32,107 nucleotides of DNA from a virus (Duplodnaviria; Caudoviricetes): positions 1-32,107 of the IMG/VR virus record IMGVR_UViG_3300037991_003601; one strand, 5' to 3'. Of this stretch, positions 7,130 through 14,800 are shown piece after piece. The translations under genes were made by a program, and so were the position numbers. Within the stretch, counting starts at the first letter, position 1; each line of letters begins with the position of its first letter. The notes beneath the pieces were generated by a model, which saw only the letters and a program-made list of their open reading frames with translations, did no database searches and was not told the DNA's origin.

Positions 7130-8015
7130 AAATTCTTTGCCATAAAGTTCTCCACGCTATTTCTGCGGTTTGGGGGACGACTCCGTTGCCCAGGAGCCTA
7201 AGTCTGTCCACCCGATGGGTAAGCCCATCAACTGCTCCACCCAATTCGGATTGAGCTTCGGTGACCCGTGGTTCTTCCCACTCGTACTGCTCTTCTCCAG
7301 GGCGGGCGGGCCAGCGTGTATGTTGACATCCTTGACTAGTGAAGCCCTTCTTTTCACATTCGGATTCACATAACTCGAATCGTCCTCCAACGGGGTTGAC
7401 CAATTCGGATTCACCCATTCCCTTAATTGGGCTTTGCCCGCTGGCATCGTACCGTTCTTTACTCTTTTTATCTTCGACTCTGAATGTCCCTGAGAGTCCG
7501 AGGTCCGCACGGTAGGCCAGGATGAAGCATCGGATGCGTTGGTGAGGCGCGCCTGTTTCCTCCGCTGAGAACAATCCCCACTCCGTTCGGTAACCATCCG
7601 CTTCCAAATCGGACAGGACTCGCCATAACCCCATCGTGGTGTGACCTCGGACATTTTCGGCAAAAAACCAGGAAGGACCAATTGCTCGGATGTGTCTTCG
7701 GATATACGGCCACAAGTGCCTTGGGTCTTCTTCGCCTTTTCGCTTTCCCGCGCTACTGAACGGCTGACATGGATATCCGGCAGTGATGCCACAAATTTTT
7801 CCTCGAAAGATTCGTGCAGGGAAGGTTTTAAGATCCGAGTAGATAGGCGCGTCATCCATGCGTCCTTCTTCAATCTTCGCAACCAAGTTTGCTTGGACGA
7901 AGGCTTCGATCTCCACATTGCAGACTGTTCTAACATCCACGCCCGCTCGTCTAAGTCCAAGTTCAATCCCTCCGTATCCTGTACAAAAGCTGATAATGTT
8001 TTGGGTACTATCCAC
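7128..8015 (-). CDS. C5 cytosine DNA methyltransferase, alpha polypeptide (motifs I-VIII and X, lacking IX)
   Basis: FCTGYGG (I), GYPCQPFSSAGKRKG (IV), ENVRG (VI), PHQRIRCF (VIII), LLGNGVV (X). GTG at 8015 follows the GGAGGGG RBS; the track extends the ORF to a TTG at 8045. Confidence 0.9.
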   Translation of the reverse strand: MDSTQNIISFCTGYGGIELGLRRAGVDVRTVCNVEIEAFVQANLVAKIEEGRMDDAPIYSDLKTFPARIFRGKICGITAGYPCQPFSSAGKRKGEEDPRHLWPYIRRHIRAIGPSWFFAENVRGHTTMGLWRVLSDLEADGYRTEWGLFSAEETGAPHQRIRCFILAYRADLGLSGTFRVEDKKSKERYDASGQSPIKGMGESELVNPVGGRFELCESECEKKGFTSQGCQHTRWPARPGEEQYEWEEPRVTEAQSELGGAVDGLTHRVDRLRLLGNGVVPQTAEIAWRTLWQRI

Positions 8016-8017
8016 AT
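7157..8017 (-). CDS. Overlapping alternative-frame ORF: putative beta polypeptide of the methyltransferase carrying motif IX
   Basis: 286 codons open on the same strand inside the MTase gene; ATG behind the same RBS; ends with LNPNWVEQLMGLPIGWTD (motif IX-like). Confidence 0.75.
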   Translation of the reverse strand: MWIVPKTLSAFVQDTEGLNLDLDERAWMLEQSAMWRSKPSSKQTWLRRLKKDAWMTRLSTRILKPSLHESFEEKFVASLPDIHVSRSVARESEKAKKTQGTCGRISEDTSEQLVLPGFLPKMSEVTPRWGYGESCPIWKRMVTERSGDCSQRRKQARLTNASDASSWPTVRTSDSQGHSESKIKRVKNGTMPAGKAQLREWVNPNWSTPLEDDSSYVNPNVKRRASLVKDVNIHAGPPALEKSSTSGKNHGSPKLNPNWVEQLMGLPIGWTDLGSWATESSPKPQK

Positions 8018-8229
8018 CTCCCCCTCCTCTTATTCTTAAATTCAAATTCCTTGGTTACCGGCATGACCCTCTGTTCGTCTGTCCGATACTTCCGCCCGTG
8101 CTCATCAATGCTCAGTCGGTTCTGCGACCAAAAGTAAGCCCATGCCTTTTGCATCTCCTCAGTCGATGGAAATAAGCCCTCATAGATGCTTCTCCTCCTT
8201 GGTCCATCTCCGTATCGATCAGGACCCAT
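8008..8229 (-). CDS. Hypothetical protein
   Basis: 73 aa; TAATG-coupled to the exonuclease stop; its own stop overlaps the MTase starts. Confidence 0.65.
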   Translation of the reverse strand: MGPDRYGDGPRRRSIYEGLFPSTEEMQKAWAYFWSQNRLSIDEHGRKYRTDEQRVMPVTKEFEFKNKRRGRCG

Positions 8230-9047
8230 TAGTCGGAAGTCTTTCTAGGATCGTATCCCTTGAGGGATCTCCATATTCGACAGACTCCTTTGAAGACCTG
8301 CCAGGCATCCCGTATTTCTTCGGGAGAATATTTAATCACCTCAAAGCGACCAGGTTCAGTCGATGAGATGTAACAGTTAGCTCCATGCACCTGCATCTGT
8401 TCAACCTGATCCTCGCCCCAATAGGTAGCGGCATAGGCGGCAATCTGATGAATCTGAAAGTCGTAACTTGTTACCTTTACCTTTGGCTTAGTCTTACGGG
8501 TTTTCCAATCGACTATGAACTTTTGACCCTCGGCTCCCTTTCCTACGATATCGACAGTGCCCGCAAATCCGTGTTCCATATTGACGAGAATCTGCTCACG
8601 CTCAATGAATCGTAATTGATTCTCCTGCTTCCACTGGAACGCGGGATTTACATATTCGAGCAAATCATCATCTATAGGATATCCCTCGAAGTATTTCTCG
8701 ATTGCATCGTGGATACGGGTTCCAAAGTCGGCCGCTTCCTCAACAGGTTGCTCATGCAGAACGAGGCATTTGTCTGCAAATCGTTCAAAAGATTCGTCCA
8801 TTTTTGGAGGGTTGTCGTATGCTATCCGCAAGAGTTGATCCTGTTTCCAACGATCAAGCCCGTGCTTGGCAAACATTCCGAGTAGGGTCGTTACTGATGG
8901 TATCAATCGATACTTTTTAGCATCTCGAAGGTTAGTATTCCTATCGCCACTCCCGTCCGCCTTTGGCATCGTATGACGAGCCTCTCCTGTTGCAGTGTAC
9001 CAATGGCCACCACTTCCCCGCTTAGGCTTTGGTGTTAATATAGCCAC
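8229..9047 (-). CDS. PD-(D/E)XK exonuclease (RecB/Cas4-like phage nuclease)
   Basis: PSVTTLL, GTRIHDAIE, FAGTVD, IVDWKT and QIAAYA motifs; GGAGG RBS before GTG. Confidence 0.88.
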   Translation of the reverse strand: MAILTPKPKRGSGGHWYTATGEARHTMPKADGSGDRNTNLRDAKKYRLIPSVTTLLGMFAKHGLDRWKQDQLLRIAYDNPPKMDESFERFADKCLVLHEQPVEEAADFGTRIHDAIEKYFEGYPIDDDLLEYVNPAFQWKQENQLRFIEREQILVNMEHGFAGTVDIVGKGAEGQKFIVDWKTRKTKPKVKVTSYDFQIHQIAAYAATYWGEDQVEQMQVHGANCYISSTEPGRFEVIKYSPEEIRDAWQVFKGVCRIWRSLKGYDPRKTSD

Positions 9048-9110
9048 GGATTACCTCCTTCCCACATCTGTATAAAAAGTATACCAGGTGGATGGTTCGC
9101 TTGATGTAGA

Positions 9111-9383
9111 TCATGTAGCCACCTCCATCTTTTCCATCATTTTGGTGACCTCTAAATCGTTATAGGAAAGTCTACCTTCGACCTGTCTGACCGAATTTAG
9201 ACACGCCGCATGATTTCTCTGAAAGATATCACCTAACTCCTCATATGTTCTTCCTTCTCGGGCAAGCCAAACGGCAAGCTGTCGAACTAAAGCCAAGGGC
9301 TGTTTTCGATTCTTACTGATGATATCTGCTTCCGAGTATCCAGTCTTTTCGACTGCCTTAAAAATGTCTGATAACTCTCTCAT
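9111..9383 (-). CDS. Stand-alone DnaA C-terminal (domain IV)-like HTH protein
   Basis: IISKNRKQPLALVRQLAVWLAREGRTYEELGDIFQRNHAACLNSVRQVE matches the DnaA domain IV pattern; likely start MRELSD at 9383 (track 9413). Confidence 0.75.
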   Translation of the reverse strand: MRELSDIFKAVEKTGYSEADIISKNRKQPLALVRQLAVWLAREGRTYEELGDIFQRNHAACLNSVRQVEGRLSYNDLEVTKMMEKMEVAT

Positions 9384-9442
9384 GTTATCATATCGATGAC
9401 TACTGCGAGCCACCCTATTGCTAGTAAAATTATTGGATTCAT
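9380..9442 (-). CDS. Very small hydrophobic peptide, not in ORF track
   Basis: MNPIILLAIGWLAVVIDMIT (20 aa); stop overlaps next ATG (ATGA). Confidence 0.4.
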   Translation of the reverse strand: MNPIILLAIGWLAVVIDMIT

Positions 9443-9460
9443 ATTGTTATGGGTTGGGGT

Positions 9461-9494
9461 AAAGGGTGACCGGCCACACACTAACCGGCCACCC
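9461..9494 (-). terminator. Stem-loop (weak intrinsic terminator or processing hairpin) after SSB-like gene
   Basis: GGGUGGCCGG / CCGGUCACCC 10-bp stem with one G-U on the minus strand, followed by UUU. Confidence 0.6.
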
Positions 9495-9520
9495 AGGGGT
9501 TTTACTATGTCTGTACTAAC

Positions 9521-10138
9521 TCAGAACGGAACGCTCTGTCCTGAAGATGGTTGGGAAAACATTTGAGTTTGTGCCGGCTGAACAGTCTGAGGTTGCTCGA
9601 CTGTTACTGTGGTGGTTGCCTGTGGAGCAGGTTGTGCAGGTGCAGGCTGTACGGGTTGAGCAGGAGCCGGTGCAGGAGATCCGCCTGGTATCGTAAAGTT
9701 TGATGCCTGTGGAACCTGTGCCTCCATACCTGCCATTACTGGAGTTACCGATGTGATATCGGAGTAAGTTCTGCCCTTCTGTGAAGTCTTCTCCACAATA
9801 TTGATCATCGCTCCCTTACCTCTAAGAGTTTCAGTGTCGAATCCTGCCCCAGGTGCTGAACCTAACCATGATGTCAAAACGCCTGTCAGTTTGCTCTTCT
9901 CATGGGCTGAGATTTTCATCTCGCCCGTTTGAACAAGTTGCCCGTCCTGTGTTCCGAAAAGAAACCGGCAGACATCGAGAGTTTCGATCTGAGAAGGATC
10001 TTCGTATTTCGGACGCTGAATGCCGAATGAATCCTTTACCTCCAAGCAGATCGCAAGGTACTGCCCTGGTCTGCATGGTTCAAGCGACCAACCTGTGATC
10101 GGTCCGTCCCCGTTAGATGATTGAGTTAATATTGCCAT
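9521..10138 (-). CDS. Putative single-stranded DNA-binding protein
   Basis: OB-fold-like beta-rich core (GQYLAIC...HEKSKL...LRGKGAMINI...YSDITSV), Pro/Gln-rich linker and terminal VPF; lies between resolvase and exonuclease. Confidence 0.65.
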   Translation of the reverse strand: MAILTQSSNGDGPITGWSLEPCRPGQYLAICLEVKDSFGIQRPKYEDPSQIETLDVCRFLFGTQDGQLVQTGEMKISAHEKSKLTGVLTSWLGSAPGAGFDTETLRGKGAMINIVEKTSQKGRTYSDITSVTPVMAGMEAQVPQASNFTIPGGSPAPAPAQPVQPAPAQPAPQATTTVTVEQPQTVQPAQTQMFSQPSSGQSVPF

Positions 10139-10183
10139 AATGTTATTTGCTTTCTATTCCCTTTTTTACGAGTGGGAGACTCA

Positions 10184-10642
10184 TTAGGTGTTTAGTAAAA
10201 AATGCCGAAGGATAAGAACCGCATCGGCTGTTTTAAGAGTGAGTCCCTTCACTTGTGGGAAGAATCTATCAGCATGATCGCGAAGTGCTTTCTTGCGTTT
10301 CTGAGAAGTTAAACCTTGCAGGCCACCGAGTCCCTTTTGCCACTCTTGTGGCTTGATCAGAGTCACGGGGACCTGCAAGGCTCTCAGTACCCCAACTAAA
10401 AAACCATAGTTATATCCTAGCTTGAAAGACGATGAGCTTGGGATCGCTTTGCCTACAAAGGGTGGAACCTTTTCCACTGCTGATTCGATTAGGTCGATAT
10501 CAGGATTGTCTGATAACTCCCTCATGTGATGTACAAATTCGCACTCATCACCCCAAGGGTGCAGTTGAATACTGGTCAAATCATCGAAAGCGATTGCGTA
10601 CCCGCCACTTACACCTGGGTCTATTCCGATGTAGCACTTCAT
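10184..10642 (-). CDS. RuvC-like Holliday junction resolvase
   Basis: YIGIDPGVSGG, AVEKV, FKLGYNYG, PQEWQK, TADAVLI. Confidence 0.88.
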   Translation of the reverse strand: MKCYIGIDPGVSGGYAIAFDDLTSIQLHPWGDECEFVHHMRELSDNPDIDLIESAVEKVPPFVGKAIPSSSSFKLGYNYGFLVGVLRALQVPVTLIKPQEWQKGLGGLQGLTSQKRKKALRDHADRFFPQVKGLTLKTADAVLILRHFLLNT

Positions 10643-10833
10643 GCCGCCTGATCCATTTCCATTTCATGGATTGCCCTGCGGACATCTACTGTGAGGTAAT
10701 GTCTTCCCCTCTTGCGGAGGCCGTATTCTTTTTTCAGGTCTCTGAGTGAACGATCAGAGCCTAATCGGAAGATCGCTTTGACATCTTCCTTTGATAGTAG
10801 TATTGGGTGGTATTGGTCTAGTGGGTTTTCCAT
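10639..10833 (-). CDS. Excisionase/MerR-like small HTH protein
   Basis: LLSKEDVKAIFRLGSDRSLRDL...RGRHYLTVDV winged-HTH pattern; first gene of the replication operon. Confidence 0.55.
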   Translation of the reverse strand: MENPLDQYHPILLSKEDVKAIFRLGSDRSLRDLKKEYGLRKRGRHYLTVDVRRAIHEMEMDQAA

Positions 10834-10906
10834 ATTGTCGGGTTATTGTGAATAACAACCGACAGGAAAAAACTAGGAACTACTTATTGTGCAGAAATGT
10901 TCGCAA

Positions 10907-10934
10907 AAATGATATAATGCATATTGTGCGAAAT
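10907..10934 (-). other. Second dif-like site (inverted relative to 64-91)
   Basis: Minus strand ATTTCGCACAA-TATGCA-TTATATCATTT; 20/28 identical to the site at 64-91; 7/11 and 7/11 to E. coli dif arms; intergenic. Confidence 0.5.
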
Positions 10935-11065
10935 AAATCTGAACAAATCCCGCCGGTTGTTGATATGAAATGTTGTTTGAAAGAACTTATTCAGCCCATC
11001 ACTTGCTGAACAATTCAACCAATGTGGCAAAAACCTAAACCTGTCAATACTTTCTTTCAACTTTT

Positions 11066-11503
11066 TTATACTTTCTTACTTTTTTTTATGTTTTCACGCA
11101 TTTTTTGTTTGTTTTTTTCAACTCCTTTCATTCGTAAAACTCTATAATAGTTGGAATCGCCACGAACTTTTTTCTTACCTGTTCCTGCCTGTCCACCGAT
11201 CTGACCCAAAAGCATGGCGGCCTCTTTGATCCTGTTCTTCCTGTCGATAATAACATAGTTGATGCGTTCTCCTGTAACAGCGATTGTATATCCACGATAC
11301 TCATTATCGCTTACCTGGTGCATGAAGTCAGTATTCAAATTAGCTCGTAATTTCCATTGCCTATGTATCGCTTCGGGAACCCGTTGCTTTAAGTGGTCTA
11401 TACTATAACCAAAACACTTACGGGTAGCACCCAAAAAGTACAATGTACACGCAAAGTCATTAACCCATCTTTTCTTGCCTTTTTTCATAATTATATCATG
11501 CAA
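11066..11503 (-). CDS. Hypothetical basic protein
   Basis: 145 aa Lys/Arg-rich ORF with AAMLLGQIGGQAGTGKKK glycine motif; start uncertain. Confidence 0.65.
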   Translation of the reverse strand: MHDIIMKKGKKRWVNDFACTLYFLGATRKCFGYSIDHLKQRVPEAIHRQWKLRANLNTDFMHQVSDNEYRGYTIAVTGERINYVIIDRKNRIKEAAMLLGQIGGQAGTGKKKVRGDSNYYRVLRMKGVEKNKQKMRENIKKSKKV

Positions 11504-11667
11504 CTGCTTGCGTTGATATTGGCATAGATATTTACAAGATCAACCCTAAAACGGCAGAAATTGGCAGAAATTAATACCTATTTAACGCAAGGGATTGCTT
11601 GCGGATATTCGGGAATATCAGTCCCTAATTAGCGAAATGGCTCGGCAGATTAAATGGATTATCCTTA

Positions 11668-11865
11668 CTAGGATTTACGAGCTAGTCGTTCTGCTCTTCG
11701 AGCTTCGATCCTTTTTTTCATTTCAGGATCTTCCCTCATTTTTTTATCCATTAATTTGTTTAATGAAGATGCCATTCCTTCAATTTGTTTATCTGACATC
11801 TGCGATGCTATACCATCATCATGGTCAAAATCAAAAACTTCAGGTTTCTTTTTATCTTTGGTCAC
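11668..11865 (-). CDS. Small hypothetical protein overlapping the end of the giant gene
   Basis: 65 aa; GGAGGT RBS before GTG inside the last codons of the 2166-aa gene. Confidence 0.65.
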   Translation of the reverse strand: MTKDKKKPEVFDFDHDDGIASQMSDKQIEGMASSLNKLMDKKMREDPEMKKRIEARRAERLARKS

Positions 11866-14800
11866 GAATTACCTCCATTGCTGTATCGTAGGACATATTC
11901 AAAGCGTCAGAATTTTCGCCTTTCAAGTATGCCCAAATATCTTTTTCGGGATACCATAGAGTAGCCTGAAGATCCGCCGGGGTCAAGTCGATGCCCTTTT
12001 CTTTTAGTGACTTTAATGCGACATCGAATGCTTTAGTGATCACAGCCCGTTCGGCATTAGAAGGAACATCGATTGGTTTCAGCTTATCATTAACAGTCGA
12101 ACCTGCTTTTGCCCATTGTGGTTTTTCTTTACCGATTGCCTCCTTCTCAGCTTCAAACTTTGCAAGTCGTTTCTCCAGGTTAGTAGTGCCTCGGTCTTCC
12201 TTCTTTGCCTTCTTAATAGCATCTTTGGCTTTCTTTACATCAGTATTAGCTTTGGCAAAACTTCTTTCCCATTCACGATTTAATTTTTCAGCAAATTCAT
12301 AAATGGCCTCATAATTATCTCGGCCAATCGTGTTATCTCCAAATAAAGACTCAAATGCTTTGTCTGAAATCTTAAAGTTAGCCACTCCATTCTTTTGGAG
12401 TTTTCCGCTTATCGATACACCTTTTAAAAATTCAGGCATTTCAAGACCGGCAAACTTTCGCTTACCTTTATTATTGCGGACAGCATATATAATTCTACCG
12501 ATATCACCTGGTGACAGTGCTGTGTCTAATGATAGACCAGTCAATCGCCCGTAAGTTCTACGCAACCAAAGGTCCACAGTAACAGGATCGTAATTACCTC
12601 TAAGGTTTTGGAAAAAGCCCTGTCCGATCTTCGGTCCGAATATAGCTGAACCTTTTACCTTATCTGTACTATACCCAGCGATTGAGAATTTCTTATCCCC
12701 GAAAAAGTCTCTACCCCACTCTATAAGTTCTTTAACTGTAAAGTCGGCATCCAAGAAATCATTAAGTTTATCAACTCCCATCTTAGCCTCTACCTTATCG
12801 TAGAGTTTTAGATTGCTTGTAATGGCATCTGCTTTCGCACCATGCTTTATGTTATAGTTAAATTTACCGGTTCTGATCTTATGCTGGTACTGCGAAACTG
12901 CGGCCTTGGCATTATCCATCACCCTCATGTTCTGACTAGTGATCGATAATGCACCAAGGAATCTATCCTTAGCCTCAAACTTTTGGCCGATCTCAGGGAA
13001 GATCTCTTCCGCTACAGACAATGCTTTTTCAACAGCACTTGTATACCAGTTTACCGCATTGCCGGTTCTACCGAGTGCGGCTTCCCCTTCTTGTGCGAGC
13101 ATACCGCCCAACCACTCCACTTGTTCCTGGGTAAAGTCCTGTGCCTTTATAGGTTCACCAAATTCATCTTCGTATGATTTACGAAGTAAAGCGGCGGCCT
13201 CCTTGTTATCCTTAGCCATACCTTTGGTAAAATTTGCACCGAATGTAGGATTAGCATCGTCCCATGATTGAACCGATGCCGGAGTTATATCGCCTTTACC
13301 AGGCATAAAAAGAATATTCCTCTCCCCCGCATCGAAGGTTCCCCGATTGCCGGTGGCCGATTTGATTTGTTCGGGGGAGAAGGCGACATAGATGTCAGAG
13401 GTAAAGTCGTTCGCTTTATCAGTTATTTTTGCTTTTACTCCGTCAAACCCAGTAACCTTTTTGAGTGCAGTATTTATAAATTCAGCATTTACACCCGCCC
13501 CCATTAAATCGCCAAGTTGATCTAAAGCAGTCTCGTTTTTTGAGATTAAATCGACTGCATTATATAACCCCCCATAGTCTGCTAAGAAACCTTCATCGAT
13601 TGGTACTTCAGGATCGTATCTATGTTGCTCTTCGGCGATTTCCATTAAAAGAGTCTCTAAAGTATCAGCATCAAACCCTTTTTGTTCTACAGACATTGGT
13701 TTTTCTATGTCCAAATAAACCTCCATCAAGCGGCCATCCTTACCCATATAGGATTGAGCCATACCTTTATCAGTAGCAAAGTAGAAACCTTGGCCTTCCA
13801 TTCGACCTAAATTACCGATTCGGTCATAATCGAAAACATTAAATTCTCCGCTAGGTGTCCCATGATAAACCACCAACGGCTCGCCGTTCTCATCGACTAC
13901 CTTGGACTTGCCGAACCACTTCTTAAAGTATGGCGAATCCGTACCCTTCTCCTGCCATAGCTTTGCGGCCTCGGCTTGCTTCCCCTTCCCCGCACCAGCC
14001 TCGGAGGCCGGCATGAAGAGTTTGTCGGAGGCTGGCCTTATCATTGTGTTACGAGTTGAGAAATCTTTGTTTCTCCCTTTGTTTTCTACGAATCCAAATT
14101 TCTTATAAAACTTTTTTAAACGGGAAACGCTTGAGCCGCCAAATGATATATCAGGTGTTAATGATATAACTGCTCCTTGATCGTCAGCCATTTTTATAAT
14201 GTCATCCATAACAGCGGTCCCTAATCCACTGCTCCGCTCGTCTTTAGGTACTATAATTCGACTTAACTCAAATCCCTTCTGTGCATCACCATAAATATCT
14301 AATTTTACGCTAGGATATTTTGCCTTTATTTGGTCTACCGTCATGCCGCCAGCCGGCATGAAGAGTTTGTTTGGGTCCGAGTTCTGCCTCTGTTTTATTT
14401 CTTCATATGACTCTTGTTTCTTGTACTGACCTTCTTCCTTTAAACTCTGATGAATTACCTCGTACAAATCAGTTCCATGAAAATCAATAGGATCATTAGT
14501 GATCGGATGATTTATTTCCCAAGTCGAATAATCAATCCAACGATCTAAAAGCGTCCCCATTTTAGCGTCTTGCCGTGAAATAACTTTAGCCATTTCTATG
14601 GATGCTATATCTAAACCCCTTGCAACTCTTCTAGCTAAATACTCAGCAAAACTTTTACTTTTAATATCAGGAGATTTTAATGCAATTGATGCAAGTTGAT
14701 CGACCGTCAGATCATTATTTACAATCCTTTCCCTTCCGAGCTTTCTAGTGACTCCCATCAGTTCGGTTGCATCTATTTGATTTATAGCAGACTTTAACCA

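Noticed and set aside
7128-8045. Simple sequencing frameshift or pseudogene in the methyltransferase
   Set aside because: Both frames are open over about 860 bp and the main frame still ends with intact motif X, so a single indel cannot explain the layout
8229-9047. Cas4 / CRISPR adaptation gene
   Set aside because: PD-(D/E)XK motifs are present but there is no four-cysteine Fe-S cluster pattern and no array; context is phage recombination
11015-11047. Minus-strand promoter with perfect TTGACA for the replication operon
   Set aside because: No convincing -10 hexamer at 16-18 nt spacing, so not called as a feature
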